Of a DNA stretch of 32,000 nt, positions 1-8,985 are shown one piece after another. The stretch covers positions 1,770,001 through 1,802,000 of the forward strand of contig OX638337.1 of assembly GCA_951812855.1 (NCBI GenBank), read 5' to 3'. A model generated the notes under the pieces. The model was not told the origin of the DNA. It saw nothing but the letters and a program-made list of their open reading frames with translations, and made no database searches. The DNA comes from an uncultured Lentisphaeria bacterium. GTDB lineage: Bacteria; Verrucomicrobiota; Lentisphaeria; JABSQK01; JAJFLO01. The first letter of the stretch is position 1, and each line of letters opens with the position of its first letter. A program made the position numbers and the translations under genes.

Positions 1-503
1 TCCATTGCTTTTGCCCCGGCTCCGCTGGCACTCTGGTAGGTGGAAACAATAATTCTGGTAATTCGGGAAAGATCATACAATGGTTTTAAAACGACCAGTA
101 AGATAATTGTTGTGCAATTGGGGTTGGCAATAATACCGTGATGTTTTTTTACGTCTTCCGGATTGACCTCGGGAACGACCAATGGAACAGAATCATCCAT
201 CCGAAATGCACTGGAATTATCAATAACAACCGTACCACTATTTACTGCTGCGGGAGCGAATTCTTTTGAACGCCCGCCGCCTGCGCTAAAAAGGGCAATA
301 TCGATATCGTCAAATGAGTTTTGATTTAATTCTTGAACTGCGATATTCTGTCCACAATATCTCAACGACTTTCCAGCGGAGCGTTTTGATGCTAATAATG
401 TCAGATTTTTTACCGGGAATTTACGTTCTTCTAATGTTTTGATCATTTCGATGCCAACAGCACCCGTTGCTCCGGCAATTGCGACATTAAAATTTTTACT
501 CAT
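1..503 (-). CDS. asd: Aspartate-semialdehyde dehydrogenase, N-terminal part (gene runs off the window edge)
   Basis: The minus-strand ATG is at 503-501. My translation reads MSKNFNVAIAGATGAVGIEMIKTLEERKFP...AFRMDDSVPLVVPEVNPEDV...IANPNCTTIILLVVLKPL. It shows the GATGxVG Rossmann motif and the ANPNC active-site Cys motif typical of Asd. This ORF is not in the supplied track because it is truncated by the window edge. Confidence 0.85.
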   Translation of the reverse strand, partial: MSKNFNVAIAGATGAVGIEMIKTLEERKFPVKNLTLLASKRSAGKSLRYCGQNIAVQELNQNSFDDIDIALFSAGGGRSKEFAPAAVNSGTVVIDNSSAFRMDDSVPLVVPEVNPEDVKKHHGIIANPNCTTIILLVVLKPLYDLSRITRIIVSTYQSASGAGAKAM

Positions 504-1222
504 TCAGTACCTTAATTTCTATCAATTTAAGATTGATTCATTAAACCATATTCTAAAATCGTCCTGCAAATAATATCAAATAAGCTCATAGTCTAATCTA
601 ATAGCATTTTACAAAAAGACAATTGTGGGAAAGGTTAATTCAGTCTGAAAAATAAGGCTGAATGGACCGATCAGGTGATTGGTGATTTCTTGTCGATAAA
701 ATTGGACTCGGTCCCGTATCATTTCACCTGGAACATGCATAGGGTATTGCGACTTTGACTATAGTGAATATTCTTAATTTTAAAGGGAGATTTAAGATTT
801 TGGGTTTTTTTGATCATTGTGTAAAGGATTCCAGGCGTCAATTGATTCAGATTGAGCATGCAATTTACGACCAATCTTTTTTTTGCTGCCGATAAATTAG
901 TTTAATCTACTGTTATTAGATAGACGATTGTTTTGACCAACATGAAGTTTATGATTCAGTTCTTCCCCTTCGATTGCACAGAATACAAGCCAATGAAATA
1001 AAGAGAGGTCTCAGGTATTAAGGCCGATGACCGGGACGAATCATTTAGCAATCATTTGTTGTTAATAACATTTTACGTATAGTCAGGATGCATTATTATT
1101 AATTTAGAGATTTTTAAATTGATATCAGGCACTATTATTTACTCATGATAAAGTATTTGTGCTTAATCACTGCATTTGTCAGAAAAATTGACAAAGAATC
1201 CTAAATTGGAGTTTATTTGAGA

Positions 1223-3910
1223 ATGTCAGAACCAGGTATGGCAAAAGCATATAATCCGAAGGAATGCGAAGAAAAATGGTATGATCAGTGGGATAGAAGC
1301 GGACACTTTCACGGTCATGTAAATGATGATAAAGAATCTTATACGATTGTTATCCCGCCACCCAATGTTACCGGTGTTCTCACGCTGGGCCATGTCCTCA
1401 ATAATACATTGCAGGATATTTTAATTCGATGGCAGAAAATGATGGGAAAAGAAGTTTGCTGGGTACCCGGAACTGATCATGCAGGAATTGCCACTCAGGC
1501 AAAGGTCGAGGCATATTTGAAAGAGGAGGAATCGTTAACACGATTTGATCTTGGCCGGGAAAAATTTCTGGGAAGGGTATGGGAGTGGAAAGAAAAATAC
1601 GGAGGTACAATCATCCGTCAGCTAAAAACCCTTGGTGTTTGCTGTGACTGGAGAAGGGAACGATTTACGCTTGATGATGGATTGTCAGATGCCGTGCAGG
1701 ATGTCTTTATCCGGTTGTATGAAAAAGGGCTTATATACAAAGGTAAACGTATTATCAACTGGTGTCCGAAATCACACACTGCGTTATCAGATGAAGAAGT
1801 TATCTATCGGTCGGCCAAAGGATCATTGTGGTATATAAACTATCCGATTAAAGATGGTTCAGGACATATAACCGTAGCAACCACCCGCCCCGAAACGATG
1901 CCGGGAGATACCGGAATTGCAGTTAACCCAGATGATGATCGATTTAAACACCTAATTGGTCAATCAGCCATTCTTCCGTTGGTGAATCGTGAAATCCCGA
2001 TTTTTGCGGATGATTATGTAGACAAAGAATTTGGGACAGGTGCTGTAAAGGTCACACCCGCACATGATCCGAATGATTATGAAATGGGACTCCGCCATGA
2101 TCTGAAGGTTATTAACGTTATGAATGAAGACGCATCATTGAATGAACACGCTGGAAATAACTACAAAGGGTTAGATCGGTATGTGTGCAGAGAGAAAATC
2201 ATTCAGGACTTAAAGGAACAGGGGTATCTTGATAAAATAGAGGATTACGAAAATCAGATTGGCTATTCCGAACGCGGACATGTGCCGGTAGAACCCCTCC
2301 TCAGTGAACAATGGTTTGTCGATATGAAGCCTCTTGCAGAGCCCGCATTAAAAGCGGTCAATGACGGACGCATTCGCTTTCACCCGGAACGCTGGGTAAA
2401 AACCTATAATCATTGGATGGAAAATATCAAAGACTGGTGCATCAGTCGCCAATTATGGTGGGGACATCGGATTCCTGCATATTATTGTAACAATTGTAAA
2501 GAAGCAGCCGTATCAAAAACAAAACCCGAATCATGTGCAAAATGTTCCCATACCGAATTTCATCAGGACAAAGATGTCCTGGATACCTGGTTCAGTTCCT
2601 GGCTCTGGCCGTTTTCAGTTTTTGACTGGCCAAAAGAAAATGCAGACCTAAGCCATTTTTACCCGACCCAATCCCTGGTAACAGGACCGGATATTATCTT
2701 TTTCTGGGTGGCTCGAATGATTATGTCCGGATTGGAATTTATGGGTGAAATACCCTTTAAAGACGTTTATTTCACGTCAATCATTCGCGACGATAAAGGC
2801 CGGAAATTATCCAAAAGCCTTAATAATTCACCTGATCCACTCGATGTCATAGAAACTTATGGTGCTGACGCACTTCGATATACCGTAATTTATATCGCTC
2901 CGGTAGGACAGGACATCCGGTACAGTAATGAAAAATGTGAGATCGGACGTAACTTCGCTAATAAATTGTGGAATGCAGCACGATTCCGCCAAATCCAGGG
3001 AGATATTTCTCCGGACTGGCAGAATTTAGACGGATTGAATTGTTCGGATTTACGCCCTGACGACCGCTGGCTGCTATCACGATTAAGCAGCGAAATAGAA
3101 ACGATTACCCACAGCCTGACCCAATTCGACTTCCATAGATATGCGATCCAATTATATGAATTTATCTGGAACGAATTTTGTGACTGGTACGTCGAATCCG
3201 CCAAAACCGCATTCTACAGTGAAGATGAGTCTTTAAAGGTGATCGTATTAAGAGTCTATGACTTTGTATTCTCTCATATTCTCCGACTTATGCACCCTGT
3301 CATGCCGTTTGTAACAGAGGAATTGTATAGTGCACTTAATTATATATCCAGTAACAATTCAATAATGATTGCAGATTGGCCTCAGTCCTTTACCAATGAA
3401 CTCAAAAACCAACTTGGATTAACGCAGCAATATGAAACCCTTGTGAAGGAAAAATTTAATCTGATAAAGTTGGGCCGTAACCTGAGAGGAAACTACAATA
3501 TTCCTTATAGCCGGAAAATTTCCTATATCATTAAACCAACCGATAAAAAATTCACTGAAATGCTGCAACAGGATGTTAATTCGACATTGGGATTATTGAA
3601 TGCCGACAATATTGACTTTGATTCGAACTATGTGGCAACAGGATCCGTGGTGACGTCCGCCATAGGTAATCTGGGATTGATTTTTATGCCGTTAACCGGG
3701 GTGATTGATATCGAATCAGAGCGTAAACGACTGGTCAGGCAGAAGGAAGAACTTGAGGGGTATCTGGCTTCAATAAATAAAAAACTGGAAAACGAAAATT
3801 TTCTCAACCGTGCACCCGAAGAAGTTATTCAAAAAGAGCGCGATCGAATGATCGAATATACCGAAAAAATTGATCACGTAAGTTCTGTATTAAACGATCT
3901 AAGCGAATAA
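1223..3910 (+). CDS. valS: Valyl-tRNA synthetase
   Basis: The 897-aa ORF shows a class I aaRS HIGH-type motif (PPPNVTGVLTLGHVLN), a KMSKS-type motif (GRKLSKSLNN) and a C-terminal coiled coil. The track ORF starts at TTG 1217. I prefer ATG 1223, which lies 11 nt after a GGAG at 1208-1211; ATG 1238 is also possible. Confidence 0.95.
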   Translation: MSEPGMAKAYNPKECEEKWYDQWDRSGHFHGHVNDDKESYTIVIPPPNVTGVLTLGHVLNNTLQDILIRWQKMMGKEVCWVPGTDHAGIATQAKVEAYLKEEESLTRFDLGREKFLGRVWEWKEKYGGTIIRQLKTLGVCCDWRRERFTLDDGLSDAVQDVFIRLYEKGLIYKGKRIINWCPKSHTALSDEEVIYRSAKGSLWYINYPIKDGSGHITVATTRPETMPGDTGIAVNPDDDRFKHLIGQSAILPLVNREIPIFADDYVDKEFGTGAVKVTPAHDPNDYEMGLRHDLKVINVMNEDASLNEHAGNNYKGLDRYVCREKIIQDLKEQGYLDKIEDYENQIGYSERGHVPVEPLLSEQWFVDMKPLAEPALKAVNDGRIRFHPERWVKTYNHWMENIKDWCISRQLWWGHRIPAYYCNNCKEAAVSKTKPESCAKCSHTEFHQDKDVLDTWFSSWLWPFSVFDWPKENADLSHFYPTQSLVTGPDIIFFWVARMIMSGLEFMGEIPFKDVYFTSIIRDDKGRKLSKSLNNSPDPLDVIETYGADALRYTVIYIAPVGQDIRYSNEKCEIGRNFANKLWNAARFRQIQGDISPDWQNLDGLNCSDLRPDDRWLLSRLSSEIETITHSLTQFDFHRYAIQLYEFIWNEFCDWYVESAKTAFYSEDESLKVIVLRVYDFVFSHILRLMHPVMPFVTEELYSALNYISSNNSIMIADWPQSFTNELKNQLGLTQQYETLVKEKFNLIKLGRNLRGNYNIPYSRKISYIIKPTDKKFTEMLQQDVNSTLGLLNADNIDFDSNYVATGSVVTSAIGNLGLIFMPLTGVIDIESERKRLVRQKEELEGYLASINKKLENENFLNRAPEEVIQKERDRMIEYTEKIDHVSSVLNDLSE

Positions 3911-4255
3911 AAATTAATTTATGAATTGTGTATCCTATCGAATATGATTCGGTTTTCAATAGGTTCTCGGCAATACAGCCACCGGGAAACACGGAGCTGA
4001 GTAAACTCACGTGTCATGTCCTGGCACTGTGCTCCAGAACGAGTCATTTGAGCCGTATTTGTTTATCGCTTCGCACACAAATATGCTTCACTCTGAACAA
4101 AATGGCTCAGCTCCAGGCTTAATTTTGGGCATAATTTATTTAATCTCAATGAATTCTGCTGAATATCACCAACTTATTTATTTCGTGATAATTACAAGCA
4201 AAAAATACGGAGTTATCACAAAACAGTTCAGACGTTTTACAAGATATCCATTTTG

Positions 4256-4272
4256 TGATAATAATATTATCA
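4256..4272. promoter_or_regulatory. Perfect 17-bp palindrome TGATAATAATATTATCA (Fur-family-like operator arms) just upstream of the RBS of the 4296 gene
   Basis: The palindrome was checked base by base: 4256 pairs with 4272 and so on inward to 4263/4265, with the centre at 4264. The arms TGATAAT/ATTATCA equal the arms of the 7-1-7 Fur box, but the spacer is 3 nt instead of 1. Further GTGATA/TATCAC half-sites occur at 4164-4169, 4185-4191 and 4213-4219. Confidence 0.4.
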
Positions 4273-4295
4273 GGTGACAAACGGAAGGAGCAAAA

Positions 4296-4688
4296 ATGAA
4301 GAAACGAATCTCTTTTGTTTTAATGCTAATTTCATTGGCTGGTCAAAGTTGGGCACAAGAAACAAACCGAAACCAATTCTCCAGTTCTCCAGAGACATCT
4401 CGCTGCCAGATTATACAGTCTGAACCGGCCGCAAGGATCACACTGAAAATTGATAAATATACAGGGCATGTCTTTCAACTTGTTCGAGGTAGTAAAGGGT
4501 TGTCCTGGCAATTGATAATGGCGGAAAAACACCCCGAAGATAATGCGACACCAAACCAAGTCAATTATCAGGTTTTTACATCTGGTCTGGCAGTAAGGAT
4601 GACATATTTGTTGAATGTAAATACTGGTGCCACGTGGCAGTTAGCCAGGGACGATACGTTTGGTGTTTTCTGGGCGGCTTTGGAGTGA
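4296..4688 (+). CDS. Small secreted hypothetical protein (130 aa) with an N-terminal signal peptide
   Basis: A strong RBS (AAGGAG at 4285-4290) precedes the ATG. The signal peptide reads MKKRISFVLMLISLAGQSWA/QE. The mature part contains two similar segments (KYTGHVFQLVRG... and NVNTGATWQLARD...). I recognise no family. Confidence 0.75.
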   Translation: MKKRISFVLMLISLAGQSWAQETNRNQFSSSPETSRCQIIQSEPAARITLKIDKYTGHVFQLVRGSKGLSWQLIMAEKHPEDNATPNQVNYQVFTSGLAVRMTYLLNVNTGATWQLARDDTFGVFWAALE

Positions 4689-4790
4689 GTATCATTTAAC
4701 AAGGGCTGCATTCGGATGGCAATTTCGCTACGCTTTATTGTTGCTGGTGAGCTGAGTTCTTATGTACAATAAAAATGGAGCAAAAAACAA

Positions 4791-5173
4791 ATGAAGTTTA
4801 AATATTTTAGCCTACTGATTTTAACGGCGTCCATTCTCTCCGGTTGTTCAACCACTGGCCTGGTTCAGGGATGCAGGCCAAGTCAATGCAAATTAGTCCT
4901 GGTACAACGAAAAGCGAGGTTATCTCTATTCCTGGCGTTCCAGGAGACCGGAGCTTCGAGGGCAAGGGTGAAGCCTGGCAATACTGTTCAACAGGGTTTT
5001 CTTATGATAAGTACATGATTGTATGGTTTCATGAGGGCATTGTTCACGGCCTTACTTCTTCTTATAGAAGCGATTCTGCCATGGGTATTTGTATGGAAAG
5101 ATTTTCCGGTGTTGATTGGTGGTTTCAAGCTCCTGAGGACTTGAAAAGAAAACTCAAAATGAAACATGAGTAA
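4791..5173 (+). pseudogene. Lipoprotein gene split across two frames, with a lipobox signal peptide in one frame and a possible SmpA/OmlA (BamE)-like body in the -1 frame
   Basis: ORF 4791-5018 begins MKFKYFSLLILTASILSGC (lipobox LSGC) and then becomes low-complexity Arg/Leu-rich sequence. ORF 4844-5173, in the -1 frame, has no signal peptide of its own. It reads like a folded periplasmic domain (MQISPGTTKSEVISIPGVPGDRSFEG..EAWQYC...). Both frames are open across 4820-5018, so one indel near 4855-4875 would join them. Confidence 0.5.
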
Positions 5174-5209
5174 CAGCGACTGCACGCATAATCGGGTAAA
5201 GCGGAGATT

Positions 5210-5530
5210 TTAACTCCCCCTTCCCAGACCACCGGGGATGCGGGTTCTGTTCATTAAGAGCCGGAGGCTCCGCAGTGAAGAACGATCCATTGATTGCTGC
5301 CTGATGTCAGGGACACCCTGATTCCGTAACCATTGATTGCTGAAGGTCTGTTGGACGATGCGATTACTGCTCATCCGCCGGTATCCTTTACGACTTCGAG
5401 CTGCCATCTTTACTTCATCGGGATTCGCTTCCAACCTGAGCAAGGTTAGCCGCCCGGCTCTTTGATTCATTAACAATTAACCGCAACCGTCTCTTCAGGT
5501 ATCGACACAAACTGCTCAAGACCGACGAGC
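5210..5530 (-). mobile_element. Remnant of a group II intron-encoded reverse transcriptase/maturase (C-terminal tail only)
   Basis: The 88-aa ORF contains ...EANPDEVKMAARSRKGYRRMSSNRIVQQTFSNQWLRNQGVPDI... This matches the characteristic C-terminal tail of bacterial group II intron IEPs (..SRKGYWRmS.s..l..al.n.w....GL.sl). Just upstream, in another frame, I read YLKRRLRLIV.ESKSR, resembling the maturase ..IRRRLR...WKQWK segment, which suggests a frameshifted relic. The RT palm/finger region is absent. The segment is visibly GC-richer than its surroundings. Confidence 0.55.
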
Positions 5531-5588
5531 TGCACTGATACTCTTGACGAAGATCAGAAAATCATCTGATAAAATATATTCCTGCTTC

Positions 5589-6992
5589 TTACTTTTCATA
5601 GTTAAGGCGTTTGTCCAATGTTGTTCGACTCATCCCGAATACGCGTTGCACCTCAGATTTATTACCCTCACAGTGATCCAGAGCAGATTTTGCAAACATA
5701 TAGTCTATTTTTCTTTCGATAATCTTCGGGTCGTGCCCCTGTTCAATTTCGTGTTTAATTAGAGATTGAATTTTCGAACTTAAATTATTTAAAGAGGGTT
5801 TTACATGGCTGCTGATATTTTTTTTAGGTTGGAGGAGGAGGGTGAATAGTTCAGTTTCCAGGGTTGAGCTTTCAGCACAAACTGCTGCACTTTGCATTAA
5901 TTGGTATAATTCACGAATATTTCCGGGCCATGAATAACTCTGGAGATAATCAATTGCATGGGGTGTTAAAGTCAAGGGAGGAACGTTCAGCAGGATTTGG
6001 AGTTTTGACAGAAAATGTTGTACCAATAAAGGAATGTCTTCAATTCGTTCGCGAAGTGCGGGTAAATCAATCTGACATCCTTTGATTCTATAAAACAGAT
6101 CCTCCCGAAATGTCTTTTTTTCTATCGCTTCTTCAAGATTACAATTTGTCGCTGCAATTATACGAATATCAACATGTAACGTTTCTTCTCCCCCGACCCG
6201 TTCGAATTGACCGTCTTCGAGTACCCGCAATAATTTAGATTGCGTATCCAGGGGCATATCACCGATTTCATCAAGGAACAATGTCCCGCCATCTGCACGT
6301 TCGAAATATCCTGTTCGCTGTTTAAGAGCACCGGTGAATGCACCTTTTTCATGACCAAATAATTCACTGTTTGCAAGTTCCGATGTGATTCCAGCACAAT
6401 TCAATGTGACAAACGGTGTTTTGTGTCGCGGTCCCTGGTTATGAATCACTCTTGCGAGTAACCCTTTACCCGTACCGGTTTCACCCAATATTAGAACTGA
6501 AATAAGATCAGCCGGTGCTATTTTTTTAACACTTTTAATCGCCTTTTTTATACTTACTGACTTCCCGATAATTTCCTGAATTACCGGTTCATTCTGTTCG
6601 TAGTCATTTTCTATTTCAAAAACTGAGAAATCAGATGTTACAATGCTGTCCGGCAGATGTTTTGAAATGGAATCATTCTCTAATTTGAATTCGTATTCAA
6701 GATGACCAAATCGAATGAGATCACCATCTGACAAAGGCTGTTTTGTTTGCTTCTCAAGCCGATTGAATGTGTGGAGCAATCCCTTCTTCTTCCACCATGT
6801 CCCATGTTTGCTTGCTGAATCATATAAACAAAATTCTCCATTTGTTTTTTCTATTACAGCATGAAACCTGGAAATATCGATGTCACCCGAAATCGTGATA
6901 AAACAGGAGCTGCTGCGTCCGATTTCATTCTTACCGTCCTGCAGTACATATTTTTCGGTGGATTTAACTTTCTGAAGAATGCCTTTTTCCAT
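5589..6992 (-). CDS. Sigma-54-dependent transcriptional activator (bEBP) with an N-terminal FHA domain, an AAA+ core and a C-terminal HTH
   Basis: An FHA-like N-terminus spans about aa 20-100 ([24 protein letters not shown]...[12 protein letters not shown]...DGDLIRFG). The AAA+ core shows Walker A GETGTGKG (aa 170-177), an intact GAFTGA (aa 217-222, nt 6327-6344) and Walker [12 protein letters not shown] Fis-type HTH lies at aa ~430-465. There is no receiver domain. Confidence 0.9.
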   Translation of the reverse strand: MEKGILQKVKSTEKYVLQDGKNEIGRSSSCFITISGDIDISRFHAVIEKTNGEFCLYDSASKHGTWWKKKGLLHTFNRLEKQTKQPLSDGDLIRFGHLEYEFKLENDSISKHLPDSIVTSDFSVFEIENDYEQNEPVIQEIIGKSVSIKKAIKSVKKIAPADLISVLILGETGTGKGLLARVIHNQGPRHKTPFVTLNCAGITSELANSELFGHEKGAFTGALKQRTGYFERADGGTLFLDEIGDMPLDTQSKLLRVLEDGQFERVGGEETLHVDIRIIAATNCNLEEAIEKKTFREDLFYRIKGCQIDLPALRERIEDIPLLVQHFLSKLQILLNVPPLTLTPHAIDYLQSYSWPGNIRELYQLMQSAAVCAESSTLETELFTLLLQPKKNISSHVKPSLNNLSSKIQSLIKHEIEQGHDPKIIERKIDYMFAKSALDHCEGNKSEVQRVFGMSRTTLDKRLNYEK

Positions 6993-7187
6993 GAACGTTA
7001 TTTCTATGGCTGTGGCTACTATAAAATTATTTGCTGAAGAAATAAGTTTTCAGCATTGTATAAATAGTAAACTGTTACCGATATCTTAATTTATCCAAAT
7101 AGGATAAAGAACGTTTTATATTGATTGTGAAAAATAAATTCTGAAAATTATCAAAAACTGTACTCTGTTCCCGTAACATTTTTGTAT

Positions 7188-8732
7188 TCAATAGATTACA
7201 CCGAGATTACGGATTTCTACTGTTTCAGAATAATTTTCATTCAATGGGTTTGTAAACAATAATTTGAGTATCTGTATGCGTTTCACATCATCTTCCGTAA
7301 AATGACGTGAGTCAAGCTGAGGAAACGATTTTACCATATTTGAAATATTAAAACGAAACGACGTCCATTCACGGTTTACTAATTTTGAATCGTGCAGGCC
7401 TGATTCCAAATTTGCATCATCTAATGTTGAGATACCGGCATAGACACGTGTACCAGAACCGTGCTCCCCTTTGATATCAACCCTGAATTCCAGATTCCCT
7501 TCAACGTTTAGCGGTTCGTTAAACGTGACCATCACACCAACTCCCCACTGCGAATCATACCAGGAGACCTCTATTGCAAGTTTAGTGTTTTCAGGATTGA
7601 CATTTGAACTCAGTATGCCCGTACCAAAAGTTTTCCAATTTTCATCAAAGCGAACAAATGAAAGCTCATCGGTATCATTGACAACCGCATCATTAACCGT
7701 ATCGCTTGCGTTCAATTTGGGAGAATCGCTCAGACTAATATCAATTGCAGAAACCGGTGTATCCGGTTCCGGAATAATCGTTTCAGAATCACTATCCGTC
7801 TGAGTAACGACTAATTGCTGTTCCTCCTGAGAGAGGGCATCCGGTACGTTAATAACCTGAGTAATTGACTTCTGAGGTTTACTGTTGTTACTATTCCGGG
7901 ATAGTGAGAGAATAATAATTGCCATGACGAATAAAAAACTTAGAGGCAAATATAATTTGGAAATTTTGTTGGCATTTTTCGCAATTTTTACCAAGACTAC
8001 CGAGATATCATCTTTTGCCCCGCGCTCTTTTGAGATATCGATAAACTCTTTAGCAATAGACTCAACACCTTTTGTTTTATTATTTTTTAGAATATCTGCC
8101 ACTTCGCTATCACTTAGATGTCTGTTCAGACCGTCAGAGCAAAGCAGGAAAAGGTCATCTGCATTCACTTTTATTTTCGTTGAGTTCAATCGTAAATCTG
8201 ATTTAATGCCGACAGCATTTGTAATCCTGCCTTTTATAATAGAGGGGACCCTGGTTTCATCTTCATATCCCATTTGTGCGGCCATGCTGTGGTCCTGGGT
8301 GAGTCGTTTAAGGGAGTTTCGGCGAAACCTGTAAATCCTGCTGTCACCGGCATGCAATACCTGTGCGGACCCATTTTGTGGTTCCATTATCAATATTGCC
8401 ACTGTAGACCCCATCCCTTCAATATCGTTGGAATGGATTGTTTTGTTAACATCAGAAATTGCTGTTGTTATCGAATCTAAAACATTAAAATGACTGTAAT
8501 TTTGGGCAAATGACTCACATTCATGGGTGATTGAGTTGACGATTAAATCACTTGCCTCTTTACCTCCGGCTGCCCCCCCGATCCCGTCAGCGACACAAAA
8601 AACACCATAATTTTGATCGTACCAACTGGTATGAGAATCCTCATTTTCTGACTTTGTCGCACCTTTTTGGCTGAGGGCAGCACTGTGTTCAATACTGAAC
8701 GGGGAATTTAATAGAGATGTTATAGGATTCAT
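7188..8732 (-). CDS. Membrane-anchored PP2C-family Ser/Thr phosphatase with an extracytoplasmic beta-sandwich (CBM/CIA30-like) C-terminal domain
   Basis: PP2C motifs are present: ENEDSH, FCVADGIGGAAGGKEAS, VLHAGDSRIY, LLCSDGL and GAKDDISVVLVKI. One TM helix lies at aa 260-277 (LYLPLSFLFVMAIIILSL, nt 7902-7955). An acidic S/T/D-rich linker follows, then a ~160-aa C-terminal domain (nt 7191-7664). Confidence 0.9.
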   Translation of the reverse strand: MNPITSLLNSPFSIEHSAALSQKGATKSENEDSHTSWYDQNYGVFCVADGIGGAAGGKEASDLIVNSITHECESFAQNYSHFNVLDSITTAISDVNKTIHSNDIEGMGSTVAILIMEPQNGSAQVLHAGDSRIYRFRRNSLKRLTQDHSMAAQMGYEDETRVPSIIKGRITNAVGIKSDLRLNSTKIKVNADDLFLLCSDGLNRHLSDSEVADILKNNKTKGVESIAKEFIDISKERGAKDDISVVLVKIAKNANKISKLYLPLSFLFVMAIIILSLSRNSNNSKPQKSITQVINVPDALSQEEQQLVVTQTDSDSETIIPEPDTPVSAIDISLSDSPKLNASDTVNDAVVNDTDELSFVRFDENWKTFGTGILSSNVNPENTKLAIEVSWYDSQWGVGVMVTFNEPLNVEGNLEFRVDIKGEHGSGTRVYAGISTLDDANLESGLHDSKLVNREWTSFRFNISNMVKSFPQLDSRHFTEDDVKRIQILKLLFTNPLNENYSETVEIRNLGVIY

Positions 8733-8929
8733 CTATTGGGATTTACTACTTTCAATTCAGCCGGTTTCCCGGAACTTGTTCGATTATAATTTTTTGTAAT
8801 TCATTGGGCCCGGATATGTTGACAGAAAGACTCTGTTTATATGTCAATTGCTTCGAAAGAGAATTTTTAGTGTCCCGCTGAAACGATTCTGTTTCAGTCA
8901 AGTTATGCCTGTGCTCAAATCTACATATT

Positions 8930-8958
8930 TAATTTTGGGGAATTATATACTTAACTCC
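8930..8958. repeat. Left end of the R-M cassette, with direct repeat TAATTTT (8930-8936) followed by terminal inverted repeat ggggaattatatacttaactcc (8937-8958)
   Basis: The reverse complement of 8937-8958 is ggagttaagtatataattcccc. It aligns with 10187-10211 (ggagtcaagtatgtatataattccc) at 20 of 22 positions, with a 4-nt insertion (atgt) in the right copy. The 7-mer taatttt immediately outside is repeated exactly at 10212-10218. Confidence 0.75.
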
Positions 8959-8985
8959 AAAACATACACAATGTGGCGTATGTTT

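Noticed and set aside
1000-1222. A T-box leader or other riboswitch might lie upstream of valS.
   Set aside because: I found no T-box consensus (AGGGUGGUACCGCG-like), no specifier or terminator-antiterminator arrangement, and no obvious intrinsic terminator before the start codon.
3928-4277. Track ORFs 3928-4122 and 4011-4277 lie in the valS-downstream spacer.
   Set aside because: They have no RBS and no recognisable protein features. They overlap the self-complementary GC-rich island and the palindromic operator cluster, so this is more likely non-coding DNA.
5180-5300. Group II intron domain V/VI hairpins might lie downstream of the maturase relic.
   Set aside because: One hairpin (minus strand GGGAAGGGGGAG...CUCCGCUUUACCC, about 5192-5225) could be a domain VI-like stem with an unpaired A. 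However, I could not fold a canonical 34-nt domain V with an AGC triad next to it. This is too uncertain to annotate without a covariance-model search.
7471-8480. Three plus-strand ORFs (7471-7803, 7885-8334 and 8274-8480) lie opposite the PP2C gene.
   Set aside because: These are shadow ORFs antisense to a well-supported motif-bearing CDS. They have low-complexity Ser/Leu/Phe-rich translations and no RBS.
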